Of a stretch of DNA of 40,582 nt, positions 8,578 to 17,871 are shown one piece after another; the stretch's first letter is position 1, and every line of letters begins with the position of its first letter. This DNA is from an uncultured Schumannella sp. GTDB taxonomy: Bacteria; Actinomycetota; Actinomycetes; Actinomycetales; Microbacteriaceae. Location of the stretch: NCBI GenBank assembly GCA_964497165.1, contig CAZCEE010000001.1, forward strand, positions 1-40,582, written 5' to 3'. The position numbers were made by a program, and so were the translations under genes. Under the pieces are notes generated by a model. That model had not been told where the DNA came from and ran no database searches. It saw only the letters and a list, made by a program, of their open reading frames with translations.

Positions 8578-9563
8578 CAGGCGAGCTCGGCCCGGGCTTT
8601 GAGCGGCTCCCACCAGTCCCGGTTGTCGCGGTACCACTGCACGACATCGGCGAGCCCCTGAGCGAAGGGCACCAGAGGTTCATAGCCCAGCTCGTCGCGG
8701 ATCTTCGAGATGTCGACCGAGTAGCGCAGGTCGTGGCCCTTGCGATCCTCGACGCGTTCGACCGCCGACCAGTCCCGACCCGTCGCCTCGAGAAGCAGCT
8801 CCGTGAGCTCGACGTTGGTCAGCTCGGTGCCGCCGCCGATGTTGTAGATCTCACCCGCACGCCCCCGCGTGAGCACCATCGCGATCCCGCGGGTGTGGTC
8901 GTCGACGTGCAGCCAGTCGCGCACGTTCTCGCCGGTTCCGTACAGCGGCACGTTCTTGCCGTCGATGAGGTTCGTCACGAACAGCGGGATGACCTTCTCG
9001 GGGAAGTGGTACGGCCCGTAGTTGTTGGAGCACCGCGTGATCGAGACGTTCATGTCGTGCGTGCGGTGGAACGAACGCGCGAGCAGGTCGCTTCCCGCCT
9101 TGCTCGCCGAGTAGGGGGAGTTCGGCTCAAGCGGGCGGTCTTCGGTCCAGGAACCTTCGGCGATCGATCCGTACACCTCGTCGGTGCTGATGTGCACGAA
9201 GCGCGGAGTAGCCGCCCGGAGCGCGGCATCCAGCAGACGCTGCGTGCCGACGACGTTGGTCTCGACGAACGGCCCCGCGTCGCGCACCGACCGGTCGACG
9301 TGCGACTCGGCGGCGAAATGCACGATCGCGTCGATGCCCGGCAGGGTGCGGTCGAGCAGCTCGGCGTCGCGGATGTCGCCGTGCACGAACGAATAGCGCG
9401 GTGACTCGGCGACCGGCGCGAGGTTCGCGAGATTGCCCGAATAGGTGAGGGCGTCATACACGACCACCTCGGCGTCCTCGAGTCCGGTGTACGCGTCGGC
9501 AAGGGTTCGGCGAACGAAGTTGGAGCCGATGAAGCCGGCTCCGCCGGTGACCAAAATCCGCAT
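8577..9563 (-). CDS. rmlB: dTDP-glucose 4,6-dehydratase
   Basis: TGGAGFIGSN, FAAESHVDRS, STDEVYG, YSASK, CSNNYGPY, RDWLHVDDH, DRKGHDLRY. Confidence 0.97.
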   Translation of the reverse strand: MRILVTGGAGFIGSNFVRRTLADAYTGLEDAEVVVYDALTYSGNLANLAPVAESPRYSFVHGDIRDAELLDRTLPGIDAIVHFAAESHVDRSVRDAGPFVETNVVGTQRLLDAALRAATPRFVHISTDEVYGSIAEGSWTEDRPLEPNSPYSASKAGSDLLARSFHRTHDMNVSITRCSNNYGPYHFPEKVIPLFVTNLIDGKNVPLYGTGENVRDWLHVDDHTRGIAMVLTRGRAGEIYNIGGGTELTNVELTELLLEATGRDWSAVERVEDRKGHDLRYSVDISKIRDELGYEPLVPFAQGLADVVQWYRDNRDWWEPLKARAELA

Positions 9564-9569
9564 GGTCCG

Positions 9570-9631
9570 AGCCTAGGCGGGGATCGGCTACCCTGATTCC
9601 GTTTCAACTCGCACCGTGGTCGACCTAAGGT
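9570..9631. promoter_or_regulatory. Divergent leaderless promoters for rmlB (TAGGCT, -) and the aminotransferase (TAAGGT, +)
   Basis: TAGGCT (9575-9570)-N6-ATG 9563; TAAGGT (9626-9631)-N6-ATG 9638. Confidence 0.55.
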
Positions 9632-9637
9632 TCCCTC

Positions 9638-10750
9638 ATGCTCACGTTTGAACCGGCCACCATCCCGTTCAACAATCTCGCGCGCGGGGTGCACGCGATT
9701 CGCGCAGAACTCGACGCAGCCGTCGCCCGAGTGCTCGACAGTGGCTGGTTCGTGCTCGGTCCCGAGCACGACGCCTTCGAGACCGAACTCGCCTCGTTCT
9801 TCGGTGCGCACCACGCGGTGCTCGTCGGGAACGGTACTGACGCGCTCGAGCTCGGGCTTGCTGCGCTCGGCGTCGGCCCTGGTGACCGGGTCGTGACCGT
9901 GGCCAATGCTGGCGGCTACACGTCGACAGCGGTGCGAAAGCTCGGCGCGATCCCGGTTTACGCGGATGTCGATGAGGTGACCCTTCAGATGTCGCCTGCC
10001 GGGCTGCAAGACGTGCTCGGCGCACTCGCCACCCCGCCCAAGGTCGTTGTCGTCACCCATCTATTCGGGGCAGTGGGGGAGATCGAGGACGTCGTACGCA
10101 TCGCCCGCTCCGGGGGAGCTCGCGTGCTTGAGGACTGTGCACAGTGCATCGGCGCCACGGTCGGCGGCGGTGCGGCTGGGACCTTCGGTGACATCGGCAC
10201 GACTAGCTTCTATCCGACCAAGAATCTTGGCGCTCTGGGCGACGGCGGCGCGCTCGTCACCGACGATGGCGACCTTGCGGCGACGCTGCGCCGGCTACGG
10301 CAGTACGGATGGGAGAGTAAGTACAGCGCGTCGACCCCCGGAGGTCGGAACTCGCGACTCGATGAGATTCAGGCTGCAGTGTTGCGGGTCAAGCTCCCGC
10401 TCTTGACTGCGGGCAATGAGCGGCGACGTGAGATTCACCGGACCTATGAGAACAGCGATGCTTCCGGGCTGCTTCTTCACCGCGCGGGTCCGTCGTACGT
10501 CGCACACCTGGCGATCGTCAGGTCCGCGAACCGCACAGCCCTCCGCGAGGCGTTCCGAGTCGCGGGGGTGCTCACCGATGTTCACTACCCTGTGCCAGAT
10601 CATCGCCAGCACGTCGCGGCAGACGAGACTCCCGTCGTGAAGCTCCCCGTGACCGAACGGGCCGCGAGCGAGGTGCTCAGTATTCCGGTGTTCCCTGAAC
10701 TGAGGGACGACGAGGTCGCGCGGGTCGCCGACATCCTGGGAGCGCAGTAG
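9638..10750 (+). CDS. DegT/DnrJ/EryC1/StrS PLP-dependent sugar aminotransferase (FdtB/QdtB-like by context)
   Basis: NGTDALEL, EDCAQ, SFYPTKNLGALGDGG (catalytic Lys), NSRLDEIQAAVL, HYPVP. Confidence 0.92.
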   Translation: MLTFEPATIPFNNLARGVHAIRAELDAAVARVLDSGWFVLGPEHDAFETELASFFGAHHAVLVGNGTDALELGLAALGVGPGDRVVTVANAGGYTSTAVRKLGAIPVYADVDEVTLQMSPAGLQDVLGALATPPKVVVVTHLFGAVGEIEDVVRIARSGGARVLEDCAQCIGATVGGGAAGTFGDIGTTSFYPTKNLGALGDGGALVTDDGDLAATLRRLRQYGWESKYSASTPGGRNSRLDEIQAAVLRVKLPLLTAGNERRREIHRTYENSDASGLLLHRAGPSYVAHLAIVRSANRTALREAFRVAGVLTDVHYPVPDHRQHVAADETPVVKLPVTERAASEVLSIPVFPELRDDEVARVADILGAQ

Positions 10751-10752
10751 AC

Positions 10753-11715
10753 GTGGCCACGACGAAGAACGGCGGTACCGCGGTGCGCTTCTCGGTCGTC
10801 GTCCCGGTGTACCTCAATGCGGAGTCGTTGCCGGAGGTCGTGGAACAGCTCGAGTGGCTGCAGACGAAGCTTGATGGCCGGCTCGAAGCGGTCTTCGTCG
10901 TCGACGGCTCGCCCGACGACTCGGCTGCCGTTCTGCGGGTCCTCCTGGGCCGGTCCTCCCTCGTCGCGCAGCTCGTCGCGCACTCCCGCAACTTCGGCGC
11001 TTTCGCCGCCATCCGCACGGGATTCCGCCTCGCACGAGGGGAGTACATCGCGGCGATGGCCGGCGACCTCCAAGAACCGATAGAGCTGATCGAACGGTTC
11101 TTCGAGGAGCTCCAGACAGGCGACCACGATGTCGCGGTCGGAACCCGTACCAAGCGCGACGACCCGGCGCTCTCGAAGTTCCTGTCGCGCACGTACTGGA
11201 AGGTCTACCGCGCACTCGTGCAGCCGTCGATGCCGCCAGGCGGCGTTGACATCTTCGCCTGTACTCGCGACGTGGCTCGGCAGCTCGGCGATCTGGGCGA
11301 GTCCAACTCGAGCCTCGTCGGGCTGCTCTACTGGCTCGGGTTCCGTCGCGTCGAGGTTCCCTATGCCCGTCGCGCGCGCAAGCACGGCGCGAGCACGTGG
11401 TCGTTCGACAAGAAGTACCGCTATCTGCTTGACAGCATCTTCTCGTTCACGAGTCTGCCGGTCACGGTCATCCTGGCCGTCGGCACCATCGGTACTGCTG
11501 GATCGTTCATCGTCTCGATCGTCATTCTCGGGTCGTGGTTGCTCGGCGGCATCGATGTCCCCGGGTACACCGCTCAGATGCTGGTGCTGTTGTTCTCAAC
11601 GGGGAGCATCCTCTCGGCTCTGGGCATCGTGGGCACCTACGTCTGGCGCACGTTTGAGAACACCAAGGGGCGTCCGAACTCGGTCGTCATGCTCCGCGAG
11701 ACGTTCGGGGAATGA
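10753..11715 (+). CDS. GT2 polyprenyl-phosphate glycosyltransferase (GtrB-like, two C-terminal TMs)
   Basis: SVVVPVY, VVDGSPDDS, SRNFG, MAGDLQEP, two C-terminal hydrophobic helices ending LGIVGTYVWRTFENTKGRP. Confidence 0.88.
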   Translation: MATTKNGGTAVRFSVVVPVYLNAESLPEVVEQLEWLQTKLDGRLEAVFVVDGSPDDSAAVLRVLLGRSSLVAQLVAHSRNFGAFAAIRTGFRLARGEYIAAMAGDLQEPIELIERFFEELQTGDHDVAVGTRTKRDDPALSKFLSRTYWKVYRALVQPSMPPGGVDIFACTRDVARQLGDLGESNSSLVGLLYWLGFRRVEVPYARRARKHGASTWSFDKKYRYLLDSIFSFTSLPVTVILAVGTIGTAGSFIVSIVILGSWLLGGIDVPGYTAQMLVLLFSTGSILSALGIVGTYVWRTFENTKGRPNSVVMLRETFGE

Positions 11716-12149
11716 TCGCATCCGCGTCGTCGCCGCGTCGGGCGACAACGAGTCGGATGGGGCGCTTCCTCCTCGTCGGCGGAGCCAACACTCTCGTCAC
11801 CTATGCGGTCTTCTTCCTGCTCGGCCTCGTGATCCCGCCGTGGATCGCGTATGCGGTCGCGTTCGCCATGGGTCTGGCGTGGACGTCGCTCGCGTCCTCG
11901 CGCTTGGTGTTCCGGGTGCGGTTCTCGTGGCGCCGGGTGCTGTCGTTCGTCGCGTTCTACCTGGCGGTCTTCGGCCTTGGGCAGCTCGTCATCCATCTGA
12001 TCTCGCCGAACACGCCGACAGAGCTCCTGATCACCAGCGCGGTGGTCCTCGTCGCCACGACCCCCATAGCATTCATCGGAGGCCATTTCATCTTTCGGCC
12101 GCCAGCCGATGAGACCCAGTTCCCGACCGCGAAGGATCAGACCGAGTGA
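11712..12149 (+). CDS. GtrA-family flippase-like membrane protein
   Basis: RFLLVGGANTLVTYAVF...; four TMs; ATGA/GTGA coupling on both sides. Confidence 0.82.
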   Translation: MIASASSPRRATTSRMGRFLLVGGANTLVTYAVFFLLGLVIPPWIAYAVAFAMGLAWTSLASSRLVFRVRFSWRRVLSFVAFYLAVFGLGQLVIHLISPNTPTELLITSAVVLVATTPIAFIGGHFIFRPPADETQFPTAKDQTE

Positions 12150-13072
12150 GCGCCTACGTGCACCCGCAAGGCATCTGTGAGTCCCCCAACGTCGGTGAGG
12201 GCACGCGCGTATGGGCTTTCGCGCACATTTTGCCCGGAGCGGTGGTCGGAGCCGACTGCAATATCTGCGACGGCGTCTTCGTCGAGAATGACGTCGTCGT
12301 CGGCGACCGGGTCACGATCAAGAGCGGTGTCCAATTGTGGGACGGCGTCCGGCTGGAGGATGACGTATTCGTCGGGCCGAACGTGACCTTCACGAACGAT
12401 CCGTTCCCCCGCAGCAAAGCGTTCCCGACGGAGTTCGCGCAGACGTTGGTGCGCCGGGGCGCCTCAATCGGTGGCAACGCCACGATCCTCCCCGGCGTTA
12501 CGATCGGTGCCGATGCGATGGTGGGTGCGGGCAGCGTGGTCACCCGCGATGTCCCCGATAGCGCGATCGTGGTCGGCAACCCCGCTCGAATCAAGGGATA
12601 CGTGAACACGGCCCTTGCTCCCGACACGACGACGACAAGCGACATCGCCGCGGATCTGCAGAGCGTGGTCGAAGGCGTACGCCTCACTCGCCTGACACGG
12701 GCCATCGACCTGCGAGGATCGCTGGTCGCGGGCGATCTTGACGGCCTGGTCCCATTCGACGTGAAGCGTTTCTTCGTCGTCTACGACGTCCCGACCGTCG
12801 AGGCACGCGGTTCGCATGCCCATCGCGAGTGCGAGCAGTTCCTCGTCTGCCTGCGCGGCGAGGTGAGCGCCATCGTCGACGACGGGTCACGCCGCGAAGA
12901 GTTCCTGCTTGATCGTCCTGACGTTGGACTGTATATGCCCGCGATGACGTGGGGAACGCAGTACCGATACACCGCCGATGCGGTGCTCTTGGTGCTCGCG
13001 TCACTCCCGTACGACGACTCCGACTACATCCGTGACTATGGCGAGTTTCGCCGAATGCGGAGCGGTTCGTGA
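12146..13072 (+). CDS. WxcM-like bifunctional hexapeptide N-acyltransferase / dTDP-4-keto-6-deoxyglucose 3,4-ketoisomerase (cupin)
   Basis: N-terminal LbH repeats (CNICDGVFVENDV, GPNVTFTND, GASIGGNATILPG, VGNPAR); C-terminal FdtA-type cupin (DLRGSL, RGSHAH, GLYMPAMTW, DYIRDY). Confidence 0.9.
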   Translation: MSAYVHPQGICESPNVGEGTRVWAFAHILPGAVVGADCNICDGVFVENDVVVGDRVTIKSGVQLWDGVRLEDDVFVGPNVTFTNDPFPRSKAFPTEFAQTLVRRGASIGGNATILPGVTIGADAMVGAGSVVTRDVPDSAIVVGNPARIKGYVNTALAPDTTTTSDIAADLQSVVEGVRLTRLTRAIDLRGSLVAGDLDGLVPFDVKRFFVVYDVPTVEARGSHAHRECEQFLVCLRGEVSAIVDDGSRREEFLLDRPDVGLYMPAMTWGTQYRYTADAVLLVLASLPYDDSDYIRDYGEFRRMRSGS

Positions 13073-14733
13073 CGAGCCCGCCCCAGCGAGCGCGCGCCGT
13101 CTTTGCGTCGCGATGGACGACCGCGGTCGCCGCAGGTGGCTATGTCGTGCTCTTGGTCGTGGTGCTTTTCCCGGTACTCGCCGCGTCGGTGGGCGCCGAC
13201 GATAGCTACTGGCTCATGGAGGTTGCACCGAACAGCGACGGTTCCTTCCGCCGCGCCTTCTGGGATCCGTTCGCGGCGTCTTTCGCGTTCACCGAGCAGG
13301 CTCGAATGACCGGGCTCTCCGAGGCGTCGCGCTGGGTGCTCGCACTCTCGGTCGTGAAGCTCTCCGTCGCTTTCTCGGTACCACCCACCGTCCTGTGGGC
13401 GATCCTCAAGGTGTTTCTGTTGGCCGCAGGGGTGCTCTGTGTGATCTTGTTCCTCGTGGCCTTCCGGTTCCGGCGCGCGGACGGCGAGATCGCGGGCTTC
13501 TCGCGACGGGCGATCTTCGCAGTTGCCGTCATCTTTCCTCTCTTGGTCGTTCTCGGCGTCAAGGCTCAAAGTGTCGGCACACTGAACGGGTGGCTGAACT
13601 ACCCGACTCTCACTTACGGCCCGTTCGCCGTCTACCTCGCGATCGTCGCGGCGGCCCTCGTCGCGAGCCGAGCGCTCGACGCTCGTTTCGGCCGACGAGT
13701 GACGCCGGTCTCGGTGCTCGCCGTCGTGGCCGGAGTCGCAGTGAGCTTCGACTATGAGCTGATGGCTCTATCCGTGCCTCTCGTGGCGCTCGCTCTCGTG
13801 CTACAACCGTTGCCGGACCGGGCGTCGTGGTGGGAGCGATGGCGAGGGCGCCTCGTTGTCGCCGGGGCGTTCGGGGCGTCCTACGCTGCGTCTTTCGCCT
13901 GGATCAGGTCGCGTATCTCACAGATGGCATGTCAGCTCGACGGCAGCTGCTATGCCGGGACGGTGATTGAAGTCAACCCCCGCACCCTCCTGCTCAACCT
14001 GCTTGGGGCGCTTCCGGGCGGGACGGGCGAGTTCATGACCGCGCAGGCGGAGCGGACTGGGCAGGTGGTCCCGTCGTTGACCGCGGGAAGCCTCGTCGTC
14101 GCGTTCGCCTGTGTTACGTTCGCCGCCCTCGTCCTCGCCTCGACGGCGTTGCGTGGCGCCGCGCGTGACGGCACACCGTGGGAGCCAGCCGAAGAAGGAC
14201 GCGGGATGCTCGCGATCGTGGTTGTTGCGGTCGCAATCGCGATCGGCGCGACCGTCGTCACCGGGATCAGTCAGCGAGCGGTCGAGCTGGTGCAGTCACC
14301 GGTTCTGGCCTACCGCAGCAGCGTCGTCGTATGGTCGGCGCTCTCCCTGGGCGTTGCTGCGGCTCTCTGGTTCGCATGGATCCGGCGGCGGATCGTCGGC
14401 GCCGTCGCTCTCGCCGTCGTCGCAGTCGGTGCCGTTTCGGCGATCGCCATGGCTCTGCCGGCGAACCTTGCGAGCGCCCACGTGAACCGCACTGAGCCGG
14501 GAGTCGTTCTCGTCGACACGATCCACGCAGAGGTTGCACTCGGGGATCTCTCCGAGCTGGGTGACGCCCGACGGTGCGCCGCGATCCTGGGGTTCATGGG
14601 CGACCGACCACATGACCAGTTCTCCGACAGGTTCGTCCGCACAGTGCAAGGCGCCTATCGCACTTTCGACCTCTTCTACGCGGCCCCCTTTTGTAGCAGC
14701 GAAGCAGGCCTCGACGCGACGACCGGATCGTAG
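13069..14733 (+). CDS. Multipass membrane protein, putative GT-C glycosyltransferase (paralog A)
   Basis: Many hydrophobic segments; acidic pair after TM1 (VGADDSYW); shares LNGWxxYP, CQLDGSCY, YRS and DARRC motifs with 14815-16494. Confidence 0.65.
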   Translation: MTSPPQRARAVFASRWTTAVAAGGYVVLLVVVLFPVLAASVGADDSYWLMEVAPNSDGSFRRAFWDPFAASFAFTEQARMTGLSEASRWVLALSVVKLSVAFSVPPTVLWAILKVFLLAAGVLCVILFLVAFRFRRADGEIAGFSRRAIFAVAVIFPLLVVLGVKAQSVGTLNGWLNYPTLTYGPFAVYLAIVAAALVASRALDARFGRRVTPVSVLAVVAGVAVSFDYELMALSVPLVALALVLQPLPDRASWWERWRGRLVVAGAFGASYAASFAWIRSRISQMACQLDGSCYAGTVIEVNPRTLLLNLLGALPGGTGEFMTAQAERTGQVVPSLTAGSLVVAFACVTFAALVLASTALRGAARDGTPWEPAEEGRGMLAIVVVAVAIAIGATVVTGISQRAVELVQSPVLAYRSSVVVWSALSLGVAAALWFAWIRRRIVGAVALAVVAVGAVSAIAMALPANLASAHVNRTEPGVVLVDTIHAEVALGDLSELGDARRCAAILGFMGDRPHDQFSDRFVRTVQGAYRTFDLFYAAPFCSSEAGLDATTGS

Positions 14734-14814
14734 GTGGGCGGGCGATATCGCGGCTTGCCTTACGATCTGGGAAGACCGCGCGCCGTGCGCGCGTCGATCA
14801 AGGGAGGGTCCGGG

Positions 14815-16494
14815 ATGCGCGTGCAACTGACTCGGTTGGGAGTGCTCGCCGTGACAGTCATGTCGTCGCGGGCCACGTGGCTCGTGCTGATCATCGCGTA
14901 CGTCGTGACATTGCTCGTCGTGCTCGGGCCCGTGTTGTTCGCTCCGATCGGCGCTGACGACGCCTATTGGGTGCTTCATGTCGGGCCGAAGACCGGCGGG
15001 TCGTATTGGGAGGCGTTCTGGGGCCCGGTCGAGAACGCGTTCTCGTTCACCGGCCAGCCGCGGACGACGGCGCTCGCCACATCGGAGCGTCAGGTGGTTG
15101 CGATGCTCGCAATGGATGTCGCGACGTTGTTCGCGATTCCCCCGGCCGTTGTCTGGGCGCTCATCAAGATAGTGCTCGTCAGCTTCACCTTCGTCGCGGT
15201 GGCCGTATTCCTGCGCGTGTGGCAGTATCGCGACGCCACCGGTGCCGTCCGCGGGTTCTCGCCGTCGACGATCGCGTTCGTCGTCATCCTGCTCCCCGCA
15301 GCGTTTGCGATCGGTGCGAAAGCTCAGATGGAGTTCTCGCTCAATGGCTGGATGGTCTACCCCACTCTTGCCTACGGGCCGATCATCGTGTTCTTGATTG
15401 CGGCTTCAGTCGCGATGCTCCTGGCGCGAGCGTTGTTGCGCAACTTCCGCGTCTGGATAGCACCGACGATCATCGGGTTCGTCGTCCTGGCTCTTGTCGC
15501 AAACATCTCGTATGAGCTCATCGCTCTCGTCGTGCCAGTCGTGGTCGCGTCGGTTCTCCTCCAGCCGCTGCCGGAGGCACCCACGAGTTGGCGACGCTGG
15601 CGTCCGCGCCTGACCGTCGCGCTCGCACTCGGCGTACCCTTCACGCTGGTGTTTCTCGCCATCCGGTGGCGCATCTCCCAACTCCCGTGCCAACTCGATG
15701 GCTCGTGCTACGGCGGCACCCTCGTCGAAGTCAGCCTCAAGACGATTGCCAAGAACTTCCTCGGCGCGCTGCCGGGTCGTAACGGCGCCTTCGTCGAAGA
15801 GGCCGCGCTACGCATCGGGAGCTGGCTCCCAGTGGCGACCAGCGCAACGATCGGTCTCGGAGTGTTGCTCGCACTCCTCGCCGCGCTGCTGTGGTCAGTG
15901 TGGCGTCTTCGCCATCCCGGTACGGACGCCGTCGAGCTGTCAGACGCCGCCCGCGGTCCACTCACGATCATTCCGGTCCTCGCCTTGATCGGCCTCGGCG
16001 GGACGGTGATTACAGGGATCTCAGCGAACGCCGTGATCCAGGTGAGCGGGATGGTGTCGTACCGTTCGGGGGTCCTCATCTGGACGGCGGTCGCGCTCAG
16101 CGGGGTGCTACTCGTGCGAGCTTTCACGCTCTTGCACGGTCGAAAGCGAGTCTTGGGTGACGTGGCCCTGGTGGGTGGCCTTGTTGTTGTCGTCGCAGCG
16201 GTCGGACTCTACTTCCCGCGGAATGTCTCATCTGCCCAGTTGTACCGGTCACACATTAAGACCCAGGCGATGGACGCGATCCAGTGGCAGGTGGCACTGG
16301 GGGATCGCACGCGTGGCGCTGACGCGCGGCGCTGCGAGACCATCGAGCGCATGCTCGAGTCGTACGGCGAGTATGTCCCGCGCGTCGAACGGATCGCGAT
16401 CAACACCTACCGCGCGTACGAGCACTATCACGGCGAGCACTACTGCTCTACTGGCTTCGGGCTCGAAGATCCGAACGCTGAGTCGGAGAGCTAG
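14815..16494 (+). CDS. Multipass membrane protein, putative GT-C glycosyltransferase (paralog B)
   Basis: IGADDAYW after TM1, LNGWMVYP, CQLDGSCY, YRSG, DARRC. Start placed at ATG 14815 after the SD-like AAGGGAGG; the ORF is open from 14734. Confidence 0.65.
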   Translation: MRVQLTRLGVLAVTVMSSRATWLVLIIAYVVTLLVVLGPVLFAPIGADDAYWVLHVGPKTGGSYWEAFWGPVENAFSFTGQPRTTALATSERQVVAMLAMDVATLFAIPPAVVWALIKIVLVSFTFVAVAVFLRVWQYRDATGAVRGFSPSTIAFVVILLPAAFAIGAKAQMEFSLNGWMVYPTLAYGPIIVFLIAASVAMLLARALLRNFRVWIAPTIIGFVVLALVANISYELIALVVPVVVASVLLQPLPEAPTSWRRWRPRLTVALALGVPFTLVFLAIRWRISQLPCQLDGSCYGGTLVEVSLKTIAKNFLGALPGRNGAFVEEAALRIGSWLPVATSATIGLGVLLALLAALLWSVWRLRHPGTDAVELSDAARGPLTIIPVLALIGLGGTVITGISANAVIQVSGMVSYRSGVLIWTAVALSGVLLVRAFTLLHGRKRVLGDVALVGGLVVVVAAVGLYFPRNVSSAQLYRSHIKTQAMDAIQWQVALGDRTRGADARRCETIERMLESYGEYVPRVERIAINTYRAYEHYHGEHYCSTGFGLEDPNAESES

Positions 16495-17744
16495 AGCTTG
16501 ATTGCACGAGGGTGCTTCGTCTTCCCTCGTGAGTCGAAGAAGAGCGACGACGCTTCGGCGAGTGCCTCGAGGTCGTACTCGCGATGCGCTTGAATGACGA
16601 CCACGATGTCGGCGGACCGAACGGCTTCGTCCAGGTCAGGAACGCTCTCGAGCCGGGCGCCTTCGAGATCCCAGGCCGCCACTCGAGGATCGTGGTACTG
16701 CACTTCGGCGCCCTTCTCGCGAAACAACTCGGCAGCCGGTCGGGCGGGGGAGACCCGCTGGTCGGCGATGTCCGCCTTGTACGTGACCCCGAGCAGAAGA
16801 ACGGTCGAGCCATTCAGTGGCTTCGCGACTGAGTTGAGCGCGTCCTGCACCCGATCGACCAGGTACGCCGGCATCGAATCGTTGATGCTCTCCGCGAGTT
16901 CCACGAATCTGAACGGGTATCCGAGGCGACGCTGAACATGAAAGTTCAGATAGTTCGGGTCGATCGGGATGCAGTGGCCACCCACGCCAGGGCCAGGGAA
17001 GAAGGCCTGAAAGCCGAAAGGCTTGGTCGAAGCCGCGTTGATGACATCCCAGAGGTCGATACCGAGGTCGTGGCAGAAGCGCGCCATCTCGTTGACGAGC
17101 GCGATGTTAACGTGACGGTAGGTGTTTTCGAGGAGCTTCGCCATCTCCGCTTCGCGCGCACCGCGGGTGACGATCACTGTATCGACGAACTGCTCATAGA
17201 AGGCGCGCGCCGCCTCCGTCGATGCGGGAGTCACACCGCCGACGACCTTGGGGGTGTTTCGCAGGCCAAACGTCGGGTTCCCGGGGTCGATTCGTTCGGG
17301 CGAGTAGGCAAGATGAAATCCCGTGTCGAGACTGAGGCCAGACTGTTCGAGGAGGGGGAGAACGACTTCCTCGGTGGTGCCCGGGTAGGTCGTTGACTCC
17401 AGCACGACGAGAGTTCCGGGGGACAAGTGCGCGGCGACCGCCTCGGCGGCCGAGACGACAAACGCGAGGTCGGGAGCGTTCTTCTCGCCGAGCGGTGTCG
17501 GCACGCAGATCACCACGGCGTCAGCGTCCGCGATCACGGCCGGGTCGGGGGTTGCCCGGTATCCGGCGTGCAGCATTTCGCGGAGTGCGGCGTCAGAGAT
17601 GTCGTCGACGTGGGACTCTCCGGCATTGAGACGCTCGACGGTCAGCGGATTCGCGTCAAGGCCGACGACGAGCAGGCCAGCTCGAGCAGCGCCCTGCGCG
17701 AGGGGAAGGCCGACATAGCCCTGCCCGACGACGACGAGCTTCAT
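16491..17744 (-). CDS. UDP-N-acetylhexosamine 6-dehydrogenase (WecC/WbpA/WbpO-like)
   Basis: GQGYVGLP, ICVPTP, ESTTYPGTT, SPERIDPGN, KLLENTYR, GVGGHCIPIDP, GVTYK; SD-like GGGAAAGGGA upstream. Confidence 0.92.
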   Translation of the reverse strand: MKLVVVGQGYVGLPLAQGAARAGLLVVGLDANPLTVERLNAGESHVDDISDAALREMLHAGYRATPDPAVIADADAVVICVPTPLGEKNAPDLAFVVSAAEAVAAHLSPGTLVVLESTTYPGTTEEVVLPLLEQSGLSLDTGFHLAYSPERIDPGNPTFGLRNTPKVVGGVTPASTEAARAFYEQFVDTVIVTRGAREAEMAKLLENTYRHVNIALVNEMARFCHDLGIDLWDVINAASTKPFGFQAFFPGPGVGGHCIPIDPNYLNFHVQRRLGYPFRFVELAESINDSMPAYLVDRVQDALNSVAKPLNGSTVLLLGVTYKADIADQRVSPARPAAELFREKGAEVQYHDPRVAAWDLEGARLESVPDLDEAVRSADIVVVIQAHREYDLEALAEASSLFFDSRGKTKHPRAIKL

Positions 17745-17871
17745 CGAATCCCTTTCCCGAACGCCACCTCTCGCGCGGCGCCCTCAGTACCCTACCGGCC
17801 CGGAGCACGTGAGTTCCTCTAGCATTTCGGTGCCTGGACACATCCCACATCCGCCTCGCAAAGGAACGCCC

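Noticed and set aside
6638-8683. 681-aa ORF as one protein
   Set aside because: The N-terminal half is an Arg-rich off-frame read of rmlD; the real GT4 starts at 7732.
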